DNA from: Octopus vulgaris
Taxonomy: Eukaryota
Length of the DNA: 64,000 nt
Direction of reading: 5' to 3'
NCBI GenBank assembly: GCA_951406725.2
Contig: OX597814.1
Coordinates: 177,692,001 to 177,756,000 of the forward strand
Below the pieces are notes generated by a model. The model saw nothing but the letters and a program-made list of their open reading frames with translations. It was not told where the DNA came from and ran no database searches. Shown here one piece after another: positions 14,790 to 28,485 of this stretch. Each line of letters starts with the position of its first letter. Position 1 is the first letter of the stretch. The position numbers were made by a program, and so were the translations under genes.

Positions 14790-15039
14790 ACACACACACA
14801 CATATATGTATGAATTCTACAATTAAATGCAGCCGCTTCAATGGTCGTATTGCATTACTACTTCATATCCTGTTGCATATTTTGAGTTTATTCACCTTAC
14901 TCGAGCTATGCGTATAATACTGGACTGACTTGGTGCTTCAACTTAAACACATAATTCAACTGGATCTCAATTATTTCTTTATATATATATAGTGGGATTC
15001 ATTGGTATTGGTAAGGTTAGTAGTGTCCTGTATTAAGTT

Positions 15040-17720
15040 GTTTATTCATATTGAATTGTGGATGATGTTTATTAATTAAAGTTGCATCTCTCTCTATATA
15101 AACGGCAGTTTGTCTGTGTGCGTGTCTGTGTGTCTGTTAGATTGTACCCTCCTCCTGACCACGGCTTTCAACCGATTCTGATGAAACTTGACACACACAT
15201 AGCCCAATGTCATAATTCAAAACTAACGCAGCGAAAATGTTGAAAAGTTCTTCCAGTTCTGAAAAAAATCGATAAATTCGACATGGGGTCGAGAATCAGA
15301 AACACAAACCACAGACTGTCTAGGGGAGGCAACTCGACCTTTTTAACTCTCAAACAAAATTTACCATAATTTTATTTCCATTTTTTTGCTATTTTTGGCT
15401 ATAACTCTCTAAAAATGCTTTATAGTTATTTCCCTTACAAACCCGAGCAACGCCGGGCGATACTGCTAGTCTTTATATAATTTTTCCTCTACTGAATTGT
15501 TCTCTGAACATTGATAAAAAGGTAAAATTAGGAAGTTCGGTTTCAGGTTCCTAACAAATATTTCTATGTGCTCACTGACCTGTATCAGTCTATATTATGG
15601 TTAGCGGATTTGTTCTTTGTGAAGACTTGTTCTCACAATTAGGACACCCGCATTTTTTCACATCTGGTTCCGTTGTTAATGGATATAGTCTTGCGATGGT
15701 TAATATTTATTTCCATGATTTTTGGTTGCCTTTTGCTCTTGATAATTTTGTGTGCGCTTAAAATTCTGAGAATGGTTCGATTTTCGATGATGATGTTGAA
15801 GGCCACATTGTTTCTATTGTTGTGTGAAGAGATGTATGGGAGTATTTTTAGGTCTGGTGTAGTATTTCGGTTAAATGCCCCTAATGTTTGTATGTCTATT
15901 TCCTTTGCTCGTTTAATCCCATCATTTATTAATGATGTTGGATAATGTCTTCTGATTAGTGTTGATTTAAGTTCAAAGAGTCTTCGTTCACCAGTATTGG
16001 TATCCGAAACTGTGGTACAGATTCTTTTCGCTAGATTATAGGATATATTAAGTTTTATGTGTTCGAGGTGGCATGAGTTGAATAATAGGATGTGTTTTGA
16101 ATCTGTGCGTTTATAGAAGATGTCCGTTTCGATGTGGTTGTTGACAATTTTAATTAGGATATCAGGAAAAGGAAGTTGCTTATTGCAGCGTTCCATGGGG
16201 AATTGAATGTTACTATTGATATTGTTGAGCATTATTTTGAAATCGAGGAGTTTGTCAATGCTATCGTTCCAAAATATAAAGCATCTAAATATCTCTTCCA
16301 GTCCTCCTTTAAATAGCAATGAAACGAGGTACCATATTTTTGTAGTGAGGATTAGTATATTTCAAGTTCTAGATAACCCATTACAAGGTTCGCAATCACA
16401 GGGGCAACTTGAGTTCTCATTGCAATTCCACATTTTTGTCGATGGGAAACTATATCGAACATGAAATAGTTGTTCTGTAAGATAAATTTAAGTACTGCAA
16501 TTTTGAAGTTGTGGTTGATGCGTCCTGGGATCTCTTCTGGGAATTTCTCTGGCCAGAAGGTGATTGCTTCTATACTATAATCGTGTTGGATATTGTTGTA
16601 CAATTTCACCATATTGAATGATACAAACAGAGTTCCTTCATTTATTGTTTTCGGGAGGTGGTTAAGCATGTCTAAATCATCCCTGATGAAGCTTTTCGCA
16701 TATTTCAAAAATGGTTTGAGTAAGATATCGAGGAAATTGCTCAAACGGTGGGTTTCACAAGCAGGGCCAGCAATGATGTCTTAGCTTGAGGTCAGTAAGG
16801 GGAAGAGCATTAATGTTTAGGCTTCGAGATTCTTTGCAAACTTTACTAATATGTGTATTTTTGCGTATTTTAGGTAATCCGTAGAATAAATTTGGTCTGT
16901 ATTTAAAATTGGATAAATAGTCAATTTCTTTTTTAGTGACGCCCTTTCCATGTTTTTGAAGTAAGGAGGATAATTTTTTGTATCTTCTGTAGGTTATAGC
17001 GCTCTATCTTCTCATAGTAAATATTGCTTTCCAACACGGAGGGTATTAAAAGTTTTACAGTACTATGTGTCCATCACAACTACCGCACTTCTTTTATCGG
17101 TTTCTTTAATGGTCAGGTTTATATAATATTTTAAGTCGATTAAGAGTTTTTAAACTCCATTCAGTTATGTTGAGTTTGGATTTAATTCGTTGTTTTTTTT
17201 TGGGTATTAAATGGAATATTGGTAATATGTTCACAAAAGTCATCAGGTGCTTTATTTCTGCCTTTTGTACAGCAGCATTCGCTTTTGTTTTTAACTATTG
17301 AGTCAATTTCGCTGGTGTAGTTGTGAAGTGCTTCTGTGAGGCATACATTTCGGCAAAAATCTATAGTGTTATCCTTCAATTCATTCGGGTTCTATCTGCG
17401 AGGAGTCGGTGTAAACTTCAAACCTCGTGCTAGATAAGTTGACTATTTTCGGTTGTTCATGTATATTTTGTTCCATTTCACATCACTGTTTCACTGATTT
17501 AGGTGTAAACAATGGTTGTAGTAGGCGGGTTGTGGTGAGATGTCTGTATTGTATTTGATTTTGTATTGAGAAATTGGGTGTAAAGTGAGTCTGTAGTAGT
17601 ATGTTTGTTGTGGAGTGACTTTGTAGTGGAATAGATTATGGTTATTATATTACACATTCCAAAATTTGATGGTCGCGGCTCAAGTGCTTTTGACCTTACG
17701 TATTCTTCATCAGGGCTGAT
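15040..17720 (-). mobile_element. Degenerate PLE (RT/EN pseudogene) interrupted by a Helitron
   Basis: Broken ORFs homologous to the intact PLE: KIVNLS, RGLKFTPTP, FCRNVCLTE..KGRNK, SNFLDILLKPFLK, GIAMRTQVAPVIANLVMGYLE, DIFYKRTDSK..SCH, KIIKSKRQPK, SEHIE..PNFLILPFYQC..LINKHHPQFN. Confidence 0.92.
15087..15469 (+). mobile_element. Non-autonomous Helitron
   Basis: 5'-TC start, subterminal hairpin CCCGAGC-AAC-GCCGGG, 3'-CTAG end, inserted between A and T with no TSD; near-identical second copy at 49116-49504. Confidence 0.85.
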
Positions 17721-17819
17721 CTGAAGCAAAATATATCGTCACCAACAGGAGCACTAGCAACAACAGACAGTCCCAATAAATCAGGCATAGAGATAGAAGT
17801 TAACCTAACATAAAGGAAA

Positions 17820-17905
<86 letters not shown>

Positions 17906-18295
17906 ATAGGTAATTTATTAACATGAATCGCTCTTCATATCTCTGTTTTAAGTTTCATCATTCGATCGCTTGTTCAATTTCAAATGCTTGGATATTGTTG
18001 GAAAATATTGTACAGTAAATCAGAGAATGATATGCAAAAGTCTATTACTGCGTGTAGATACCAACCCTCTTCCCTTGTTTTTAATGTATATACCCCTTCC
18101 ATATTCGTGTTATTTTCAATTTCCCTTTTTTATATTCTTTGCTTCTTTTTTATTTTAATGTTCTTCTATGGAAATTGGTTGAAATAGAAACAGATATTTA
18201 TCATAGACCTAGTCTACTGTATAATGTAAACTTTACAGACCTAATGGAACGTAGGCTTAGAATGAAATTGTCACATTATATTGTAGCACACACGC

Positions 18296-18366
<71 letters not shown>

Positions 18367-19315
18367 CTCACACATATACACGTGCACACACACATTAGAT
18401 ATATACGCATATACATCAGCAGAGGTTCTTGCAGACGTAATATGGAGCCGACCATTCCTTTGTAGTTCGAGAAATGATTTACTCGATTTGATAAGGAATA
18501 TAAAATAGCGACAGCAAAAGAACAAACTCAAGCGCATGCACCCTCCCCACATACACAAGCACTCATATACATATCGTACACATGCATACATACATATATA
18601 CATATACATACACATACATGTATATGCACTTATAAAAACATATATACCCACGCATACTGTAAATTACCAGATAAACACGTATATGTGCGTGTGCATATAT
18701 ATATAAGTTTATGTGTGTGCGTGCATATCTACGTACGTAAGTATGTATGTGTGTGTATAACGTGTTTGTGAATCTATATTTCTTTGATAAAAGCTTACAG
18801 AAAGACGCTGACAGAAAATACGATTACTTTTCTATGAAGTATTATGATATTGCAAAAACAATATAAAACGCTATACTTTGAAATAGCTGCTGAGATAGAA
18901 GCAAGGAATACAGTAATCTCATGGAATATATCCCAAATATTTGGAAATTGGAATTAGTGGAATATTCCAATTAAAAACCTCTATCAATATCCAACCCAAA
19001 CTGAATTATATAAAACTTTAAAGGATTAAAACCAAATCAACACAAAATATGTACTTTTAATAAAACAAATACTAAATCACTTGTATACCGTTACAGAAAC
19101 AGAGAAGTTCTCAGATTGTTAGATGAGGATTCAATTTCGTTTCCAGCCTACAAAAATTTCACGTTTCTGCTGTTATCACTGGCACTGAGCTGTTCTTTTG
19201 CCAAAGACATATAATGTTCAACAGCTCAGTTAAGATAATTACAAACATCTAAGTCTGAGCAGTACTGTTCAGCACAGCATATATAAACAATGTTATATAA
19301 CTAATATGTTTAAGT

Positions 19316-19655
19316 TGAAGGAGCATGGCTCAGTGCTTAGAGCAATGAGGTCAAATCATGAGGCAGTGACTCTGATTACCGGACGGGGCTGTATGTTGTG
19401 TTCTTGAGCAAGATACTTTATTTCACATTCCTCCAGTACACTTAGCTGGCGAAATGAGTTGCGACGTCATTTTACCGGGCTATATCGACCTTTCTCTTGG
19501 AGAAACATTGGTGATGTGGAGTTGGGAGGCGAGTACGCATGGGCGACTACTAGTCTTTCAGAAAAAACAAATTTGCCTGGACTTGTGCATCGGAGGATTA
19601 CCTTTATAAGTTCAATGCCATGGTCATTCATGACCGAAGGAGGTCTTTAACCTTT
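19316..19655 (+). mobile_element. Family-C SINE
   Basis: TGAAGGAGCATGGCTCAGTG head; gttgtgttcttgagcaag..ctccagt.cact.agctgg core. Confidence 0.65.
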
Positions 19656-19779
19656 ATGTTGAATGAAAATACTGTATAACTCTGGCACATCATTCTTACC
19701 CCAGGATAGAATGTAACAGCGATAAACTACATGCAATTTACTTTTTAAATGCCCAAACTGATCTTCACATTTTTATATA

Positions 19780-20312
19780 TCAGGCCGAGTAAAAAGTAAG
19801 CAATGTTTTGGAAACATGGAATTCTTCACAATATATTTCAACAACATGGAAATTTTCTTCATCAAAATAAGTACAGTTACAATCAACACATTTTTGCCAA
19901 CGAGTTTACAAGATTGTTTATTCTGGTAACATAAAAATCGGGAGTTCTGGAGGTGATGAACTCTTTGAACGCACTTTCAGCTTCTCATTGATTTTTGAAC
20001 TCCTTCCCTCGCAGGAAACCATCAAGGTGTCTGAAAAAGTGGTACTCCGTCGGAGAAAGATCCAGGGAATATGCTGGGTGGGGAAGAACTTCGTAGTCAA
20101 GTTCTCTCAAATTCTGGAGAAACATGTGGTCAAGCATTGTCACGAAGAATGTTTGGTCCTCTTCTATTGATCAGTCTGGGAGGGAGGAGTAGCAGTTTTT
20201 CGTTCATTTTGGCAATTTCATGGCAAAAGGTTTCTGCAGTAATGGTTTTTCCGGGTTTTAATAAGTTATAGTAGATGAGTCCAGTGGTACACCACGAAAC
20301 AGTCATGTAACA
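19780..20312 (-). mobile_element. Mariner 3' fragment (catalytic domain, different family)
   Basis: LLKPGKTITAETFC..RRGPNILRDNA*PH..EVLPHPAYSLDLSPTEYHFFRHL..RWQKCVD; ends in a TIR-like sequence next to TA. Confidence 0.85.
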
Positions 20313-22308
20313 TGCTCAAGAACACAACACACAACCTGGTCTTGGAATCCATCCCACAACTTCATGATTGAGGGCCCGACGCTTTAACCATTGAGCAATA
20401 CGCCGTCTCTCTCTCTCACATATATATATATGTGTATGTGCGTGCGTGTGTATGTACGTTTGTGTGTGTATACATATAGAGTCCGTCTGTAAATACAATT
20501 CTTTCGATGTATTATCAAATTGCGAAAACATTTAATAAATTGCAATAACACTGAATTAAAATATACAAATGTTTCCTTTCCTGAAGTATGTATACGTATT
20601 TTGGGAGGATTCTATGTATAGCTATTAAGAATTTTTTATCATCTCATGTACATACATACATACATATGTGTATGTGTGCGTGTGTGTGTACTTCAGATAT
20701 ATATTTCCAAGAAACTATGTATAATGCACTTGCGTAATATACATCCACAATCAATTTCTATGTTTTTTGAAAATCGTTACTATCACTCTCCTAATAGATG
20801 CTGATATTTTCAGATAAGGTTTCTTTAATATATCTCGGTGTACGTTTAAAAATTCTAAAATACAGCTAATTTAAAATGGCATTAAAACTTGAATGACATT
20901 AACTTATAGACAGAGATAGATGCTTATGTGTCTGAAATGTCAAATGTTATCTGTATTTAACCAACACCTCTTTAAAGCATTTAGCGTTCAGATAAACAAT
21001 ATTATGTTGTCAGAACAAATAGATCGACAGCTATTCTACAGGGCATAATACAACATTTGATTTTCAGACACGAAATGAACACTATTTCGCATGCAGTTGG
21101 CGCAGATATAAACATACGTAATTCAAACTTACTGGCAGAGACATGCTGTAAATTAATTCTACGCTGATGCATATTCCTGTGTAAGGGCATGTCATAGTTA
21201 AAGATTTCTCTTTGCGGACATAATTAGCTTAGTACGCCAGACAGAGTGCCAACAAAGGCTGCCATTTTTGTTTCGAATATCATGTTGAAAATACGGTGTA
21301 ATGTAATCTTCTTGTCAATGTTCAACAACCATTAGTCTATCAATCTTATCAGTAGGGGGTGTAAGGTGTCAATCGGTAAATCAAAGTGGTTATTCTCTTA
21401 AGATTTCCACAAACTTAAAGAATAGTACCTCAATGTAAATTTAGAATGGCTTTTAGTGGCCAGCTTTTCTCTTTTAATTATATCCTATGTCCAATATAAT
21501 CACACAAATACACCTTTAAAGCATGCCAAAATTTCTCTCCATAAATCCTGTTACGATATTTCCTTTATTTGTGCTGATTGATTACATTCTAATGGCACTC
21601 TTCAAATTTAACATATATGTATTTCGTTATATTTAATGTATCGTAAAATTATTCAATCGATATTCATGTTTGAATATGAACGGTTTTTCAGTATAACAAA
21701 ATAAGAAACCAAGAGGAAGAACTAAAAATATAATAAAAAGAAATAACGGCAAACTTACTATTTCTTTTCTTCAATATTGTCGAGGATGGATCAAACAAAC
21801 GCAGTAATGTGTTCTTTGGAAATTTCTCAGATACATATAATAAATAGGTTTCCATCATTAATATATGGTTTTTGACGGATTGAAAAATGATTTTATATAC
21901 TGTGACGAATAACTGCACTTAGGTTCCTTTAGATTCTATTGATTTCTACAGATGTTGACATATATGTACCTTGTTGATGTTTGCTTGACAGACTTTGTTT
22001 TTCTGTTGACCGAACGCAACGATTGTTTGTGATTTGAAATCTAGATAAAAGATTGACTAAATCGTAGTGATATATGCTTAAAGTAAATCTGATTTATTGT
22101 CGAAATTTGTTCGGTTCAATGTTGTCGACATCGATCATTATCAAGTCGAATAAAATAGCTTAGCTACCGTTGACGTCTATTCCATTTCATAAGGAATCAC
22201 TATATTTATACGTCATCGAAAAAGCTATCCGAACGTTCTGACGTAAAAAAAAAACATGTATATAATCTTATAAATATCATTCTCAGTCAGAAGATTTTTC
22301 TCTGTTTA

Positions 22309-22397
<89 letters not shown>

Positions 22398-23380
22398 TGT
22401 ATATATATACATATATATATACATATATATATATCAGTTTAAGAGAATTGGTGATTAACACTATTTTGATCACCTCCCGAAGTCTTAAGTAAATCTAAAT
22501 ATAGATGTCTGACCTTCTGAAGAAGCTTTTCACCAAGCCAAGCTTCTAATGCTATAATTGAAACTCAAACGTTCTCGCCTATAATATTATCAATACTCAG
22601 TGCTATTTGTCTGAATATTGTATTTACACAAACAAATAACAAAGGTGTTATTTACTTAATTACCAAGACCTATAACCGTTATGCCCCTTACTTCGTAGAT
22701 TACGATTGAATTAGTTTTGCTTTCCTTTATTGCATCTATTATTTTACACCAACCTACCTAATTACTGCTTCATTTTGACACTATCTTTAACTAGATCTAC
22801 CAATAAAATAGCAATCAGCAATATCTCCTGAATTTCTCGATATTAAAAACGAATTAAAAACGATCTACCTAATAGCTATTTAATGTAGCTGCTATATTTT
22901 ATCCTCTGCCTGTTTTTAATGTGTGTACATTTCGTATAGAAGTTGTATTAATTGTTTCCATCTAATAAAAAAGCCTCTTCTTAATTGTCTAATTATATCC
23001 CGTAGGAGGATCACTGAAGGTTACAGGATCAAACACTCGCTATTTGTAATACGATAGAAATTATCAACAATCGGTTTCCTCAAAACAGTTTATGTTGGAA
23101 TAAAGAAACTAAAGATGAAAACAAATCTGACAAATACGCGTGGATAACAAAACACGATATGAAGGTATTGGTCATGAGAATTGTGCAAGTAAGGGGATAA
23201 CAATGAATGTTACAAGGAAGTGGCGGGAGAAGATCAAAGTTGAAGGAGATTTTTCTGAGAATCTATAATATTAATCTGCTAAAGTACCAACGTATGTTAC
23301 ACTCTGAAGTGATTATTTGAAGGAAAAAGCAAAGAGAGTGATGTATAGAGATAGCCACACACACACGCTCGTACATACAC

Positions 23381-23445
<65 letters not shown>

Positions 23446-24006
23446 AACGAATGTTTAGCGTTGAGACCTTGGTAGTAATGAGGAGAGAAAAAAACGTTAT
23501 TTACAAACATAGAATGAGATAGCCACACGCATATACATATGGTATACTCAACAGTGTAGTGGCTTTTAAAGCGGTGGTGATCTGATTCGTAGGGACATTG
23601 GTTAGTGAAGGCGGAGCGAAGAGTGTACCTTGATTATAGAGCTAATTTAGAAAAAAGAAAATCTCAATAACCATTTAGCATTCACATTAATCTATTAAAT
23701 GTAATGTTTATTTATTTACATTGTTTTGCATCAGTCAAGCATTAAATCGTAACTTCAATAATTTGAGGATGTGTTCGTTTATTTTTAGAACAACCTTATT
23801 GGGTTGGCGTAAGAGACATGATCAGGCCAGTTTGAACTTATGGCTGGTTTAAATGTGAGATAGTTAATGCATAACCTTTAGTGCAATTACTTGTCATCTG
23901 CTTTCATATTTATTTATGATACTATTTTGATTTTCCTTTAAGTTGTTGTCCTTACATTGACATTATTCGTAAGACAATGGATAGCTAAGTAAATATTTTA
24001 AAATAA

Positions 24007-24161
24007 GTTTGGCAGTGTGGTAAGTAGCTTGGTTACCAACGACATGGTTCCGGGTTCAGTCCCACTGCGCGGCACCTTTGGCAAATGTCTTCTACTATAG
24101 TCTCGGGCCGACCAAAGCCTTGTGAGTGGATTTGGTAGACGGAAACTGAAAGAAGGCCATC

Positions 24162-24226
<65 letters not shown>

Positions 24227-24448
24227 CGCGCGTTTGTGTGTGTCGGTGTTTGTGTCCCCAGCATCGCTTGATAACCGATGCTGGTGTGTTTACGTCCCAG
24301 TAACGTAGCGGGTCGGCAAAAGAGACCGATAAAATAAGTACTAGACTTACAAAAAATAAGCGCTGGGGTCGATTTGCTCGACTAAAGGCGGTGCTTCAGC
24401 ATGGCCGCAGTCAAATACCTGAAATAAGTAAAAGAGTAAAAGAGAGTA
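24007..24448 (+). mobile_element. Family-B SINE
   Basis: Full-length homology to 2046-2461 and 54164-54575. Confidence 0.85.
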
Positions 24449-25410
24449 ATATTCTCTTATCCACTTGTCCCTGATTAGGCCCATGCTGGGACACATCATT
24501 CAAGGGTTTAATTGGGTATATGTACTCCAGTAATTGTGAAGCGCATGGCTTAGTAGTTAGGGGTATTCTCAGGAATCCAGCGTGTCAGAAAAGTGTTCAG
24601 TTTAAAAAAAGAAATTGTATTTTAAGGTTCTCTATAAAATTCCAGCTATCTATAGTGTTTAAAATTACAGGGAAATGTTCAAGAGTACTGCTACTTTCGT
24701 ATGAGGCCTAGCACAAGACATTATCATGGACGGGAAATAGGATTGCATAACATTGAATTTTTTAAGGGACTAATTTATTTAAGGCATTAACTTACATAAA
24801 CTGGATGTAAAATATTAAAAGGATAGAAAAACGGATGCTCTAGAAGAGAAGATAAGACAACAGGATTTAGTCAAATAATATGAGTGACAAGAGTAACATA
24901 TTCGTAAAATATCTCAAACATACATGAGAAAGAATTGAGAAACATACCCACGTTCTATTATGGTTAAGTAGGGTTTATGTACAAAATATATCACCACAGA
25001 ATAGGTTTTCATGACAAACCATTGAGAAGAGCTCTAATAGCTGAGATCACCTTAGTTTATTAAAACAACTCTTAAGAAGAACCTGAATGGCGCTTCAGAA
25101 ATAGAAGTATGTTTGAAAAAAGAAAACGTCTTTTGTTTTTTATCTCAAATCTTACAGGGATAAAATATGCAGGCATTCTATACTGTAATAATTAGTCAAT
25201 AATATCGGGATAAATCAAAACAACCAAAGAAACCAATTGCAGACATACACATGTTGTATCTATGTTTCAACACGCGCAAGCGGGCACACACGGACGTATA
25301 TATTATCTATCTATCTATCTATCTTCTCAATCTGTTTGTCTATCTATCTATATCTTTCTATCTCCCTATATATTTATAAATCTATCTACCTATCTACAAA
25401 TCTCTCTCTT

Positions 25411-25472
<62 letters not shown>

Positions 25473-25627
25473 CGTATATATATATATATATTTATATATA
25501 TACGTGTATATACATTTAGATATATATATATATATATATGTATAAATAATATGCACACATATACATTACGTAATGGCTGTATACAGCTTATATATGTATA
25601 AGTAATATTTGAACACGTATTTATGAT

Positions 25628-25692
<65 letters not shown>

Positions 25693-27139
25693 GCTTGTGT
25701 GTGTGTAGCTCATAATGGCTGAATACTGCCTATTATATCATGAATACTTAGCATCCTTATAAGAAAACAACTTCTTCAATGAAATATATAATATACACAA
25801 TATCATAATACCTTTGTATCTTTAACATAGTTGCGTATGTTGGTATTTGCAAATGGATGTAACTCTATATGATTATCTATGTATGAGATTCTCTTGAAGC
25901 CTGTGTAGAAAACCAGCTTCGTCTATATGCTGACTATCTCGTTAATTGAGTACAAGAAAGAGTAAAATAAAGAGATTCTGAAATGTAAATATGTTTTCGA
26001 AACATTAAACTTAAATAAAATAAAATAAATATAATAAAAAGATTCAAATAATGTATCCCTTTGAGAGTCAATAATCAATATAGCAAATGCAAATTAATTA
26101 CAACCTGAATTGGCGAATGCCAATTGTATGTAAATACTTAGATATATGTTGATGTGTGTATGTATAAAAGACTACATAAACACAAAAGTATACATACTCA
26201 TATTCAAAGACTATTCTACATACACACAGAAAAATATATATATATACATATATGTATATGGATGTATTTATATATATATATATGAGTGTGTATGTATATT
26301 TATGAGTATATATATATATATATATATATATTATAAAGATATATATATATGTGTGTGTGAGCGTATGTCTCTTTGTATGTAGATGTACTCACGTATATTT
26401 GTGTACATGTTATGTATAAGCACACTTACTCACACTCAGAGAGAGATATTAATGTATATGTATATATGTTAAGAGAATGATACTGGGTAAAAGCAGAAAA
26501 AGTAGAAAGAAAGAATCAGAGTGAGTTTCAAATGAAGAGCAGATAGATTTTCTCATAGAAATACATCAAAGATTTCTAGAATGTGAACTATATTCAATCA
26601 TCTTATAACAAAATCTTCATATAAACTATAGAGACGCAAACACACATAGTAAGACATGTAAATATGCCTACGTTTATATAAATCCATACTTACAAAATAA
26701 ACTCAAGAACAGTGGCCAAAAATATAGAAAATCAAATACACTAGCATACAAAACATATTCGCAATGAAACTCGTTTAAAAGATACGCAAATAAAAATACA
26801 CGACCACACTCTCCAACAAATATACTAGGCCAGCCAAAATCATACGAGTATACACGCGTACACACAAGTGCACACACACTCAAATACACAACCATATAAT
26901 TACACATACACATATACATAGAAGTATATTTACATGCATACATGTGTTGTTAATATATATCAATATATGCATGTCTATATAATTCACACACACACACATA
27001 TATATAAATATATATATATATATATGTGTGTGTATAGTTCCATAAATATATATGTATGTTTTTGTGTTTGTGGGAGTGTGTGCGCGCGTGTACATATATG
27101 CATCTATGTATATATGGCTTATATATGTGAATCTATCTA

Positions 27140-27395
27140 TTTACCAATATACATGCATACACCTATATATATATGAATATATATATATACATATAGATTA
27201 ATATATATAAATACATATCTAAATATACATATATATATATATATATAAATATGCATAAATATATATATATACATATATATGTGCATACATGTATATATAT
27301 ATATATATATAAATATATTTATACATACATATATATACTTATATATATATATATATACAAATATATTTATACATATATATGCATACATATATATA

Positions 27396-27438
<43 letters not shown>

Positions 27439-27537
27439 CATACATGTATATATATATATATACAAATATATTTATACATATATATGCATACATACATATA
27501 CTTATATATATATATACGAATATATATATACTGATAT

Positions 27538-27587
<50 letters not shown>
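27140..27587. repeat. Compound (TA/TACA/CA)n microsatellite flanking the PLE
   Basis: Direct reading. Confidence 0.9.
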
Positions 27588-27590
<3 letters not shown>

Positions 27591-27627
27591 AAAAAAGGAG
27601 ATGTCGAACACGAGTGGTGATATATAA

Positions 27628-28485
27628 AAAAGGAAATGAAGAAAATGCTGACAAATAATTGAAGTAATTTAAGTAATTTAATTAGGTGAAAGTTCTATTT
27701 ACCGGTTGCGCATTTGTTATGCTTATCAAAATATAAAAGAGAGATTAGAGTCTGTCTCTTATATGTGAAAAAAAGAGGCTCCAGAGTTGTTTTGGATTTG
27801 CTTGGTTTCGCGCCTAAAATTTTGATTGGTCATTATGAAGGGGTCACGTGAATGTTTGAATGGAAGTTGGTGTTGGGGTAAGAAAAAAGGCTCCAGAGAA
27901 GTTAAAATTTGGCTAGTGTCCCGCCTAAAATTTCTTATTGGCCATAATAAAGAGGTCACGTGAATGTTTAGAATTTTCGAAAATAGTGTTGTTGAAAATT
28001 CTTATTGTTCAGGCTGGTCAGTAGACGTCATGTGGATATTTTAAATAGCTTTTTAGCGCGTAGTTAGGGAGTGTATTTTCCGCTTGACTGGATAAGTAAG
28101 TTCGTTTAGAACAGGGAGAGCTCTATGTATGTATGTGTGCGCGCGCGCGCGCGCGCGCGCGTGTGTGTGTGTTTATATGTATGTTGGGGCGCGCGCGCGT
28201 GTATATATGTGTGTGTGTGTGGGTACAATTTTCAATATTTATAGTTCTGCTGGCCTTGTGCCTGTATCGGGAAGCAACGTATTTGTGTGAAGTCAATATT
28301 TACAGCCATTTCCAAAAAATAGTGTTGGATGTTTTGCACCCGTATTCAATTATGTGTATGTGTGGAACCATATATTTGTGTGTGTCATGGTGTTAATATC
28401 TGGGTAAAGGTGTGTGTAGGGTGTGTGCAGGTGTAAGTGTGTTTGTTGTGGGTTCGTGTTAGGGGCATGTGTTTAGTAGTGGTCT
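27628..28485 (-). repeat. 3' pseudo-LTR (left arm of the 858-bp inverted repeat)
   Basis: Reverse complement of 31245-32102 (paired coordinates sum to 59730). The ORF track gives identical translations for both arms. The only mismatch I saw is near the inner edge. Confidence 0.95.
27693..27736 (-). ncRNA. Mirror copy of the variant hammerhead ribozyme (element sense strand)
   Basis: Reverse complement of 31994-32037. Confidence 0.75.

Noticed and set aside
17673-17720. CTGATGA on the minus strand upstream of the degenerate PLE, as a hammerhead
   Set aside because: The position is suggestive, but the stems and GAAA box are too degraded to call.
28133-28396. 87-aa ORF duplicated in both arms (and the 66-aa ORF at 27759/31771)
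   Set aside because: They arise from (GC)n/(GT)n tracts and promoter repeats in the pseudo-LTR; identity reflects the inverted repeat.
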